Program-made: the position numbers and the translations under genes
Part shown: positions 63,590-64,000 of the stretch, one piece after another
How positions within the stretch are numbered: the first letter of the stretch is position 1
How the letters are laid out: each line of letters opens with the position of its first letter
Assembly (NCBI RefSeq): GCF_036321535.1
Contig: NC_087447.1
Coordinates: forward strand, 51,152,001-51,216,000
Direction: 5' to 3'
Source: Camelus dromedarius
Lineage: Eukaryota
Length of the DNA: 64,000 bases
The notes under the pieces: model-generated
Told to the model about the DNA's origin: nothing
Seen by the model: only the letters and a program-made list of their open reading frames with translations
Databases searched by the model: none

Positions 63590-64000
63590 CATGCTATAGT
63601 GTCTTCTATTCAAAGACACTCATACACACACACACCCCTTTTTACACCCACATCCTCCTCCAAACACCATTCATTTCTTTGTTCCCCTCCATAACACAGC
63701 TTTTCAAAAGAATTGTCTACTTACACTAGCTCCACTTCCTCGCCTTCTATTTGCCAACTACCACCCTACTATTTCACCAAAAGTAGTCTTGTCGAGACTA
63801 CCAGTCACTTCCCTGTTGCCAAATCAAATGGTCACTATTGTGTCCTCACCCTACCCAACCTCTCAGCAGCATTCCACGTAACTGACCTCCCTTCTCTTTC
63901 AAAGGCTCTATTTTCTTGGCTTCTGCAGAAGCACATTCACCTGGCTTTCCTTCTTTCTATCTACCTGTATCTCCTTTGCAGGCTCTTCCTTCACTAGCTA
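63590..64000 (+). mobile_element. L2 fragment running off the window
   Basis: tgttgccaaatcaaatggtcac ... acctctcagcagcattccac, L2 RT-region motifs. Confidence 0.75.

Overview
Mammalian genomic DNA, probably a camelid (inferred from a Vic-1-like tRNA-Ala SINE and the style of the young L1 3' ends). The whole window lies inside the PAK1 gene (p21-activated kinase 1) on the minus strand. I located 13 consecutive coding exons by hand, all with GT-AG borders and matching phases, from the ATG at 50723 down to 722. They total 1548 nt, or 516 codons, with no stop or frameshift. The last coding exon lies left of the window and the non-coding first exon and promoter are presumably to its right. Exon numbers follow my recollection of the human gene. 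The introns are dense in interspersed repeats: L1, L2, MIR, HAL1, MLT1C, a MER41-like LTR, Tigger1, MER58, MER104 and MER5. Almost all other ORF-track entries are noise or LINE remnants. I see no novel multi-gene system. The best leads are hypotheses: (1) a CAG-TAG tandem acceptor whose TAG is in frame with the PAK1 ATG, which would toggle phase-0 circles between a stop-terminated inhibitory fragment and a stop-free rolling ORF; (2) a polyadenylated, TSD-flanked MER41-like LTR retrocopy; (3) a twin-primed 5'-inverted L1; (4) three perfect ARE/MARE motifs within 9 kb; (5) a candidate intronic poly(A) site just after the first coding exon. Repeat subfamily names come from memory of consensus sequences, and repeat boundaries are approximate unless a TSD or TIR is cited.
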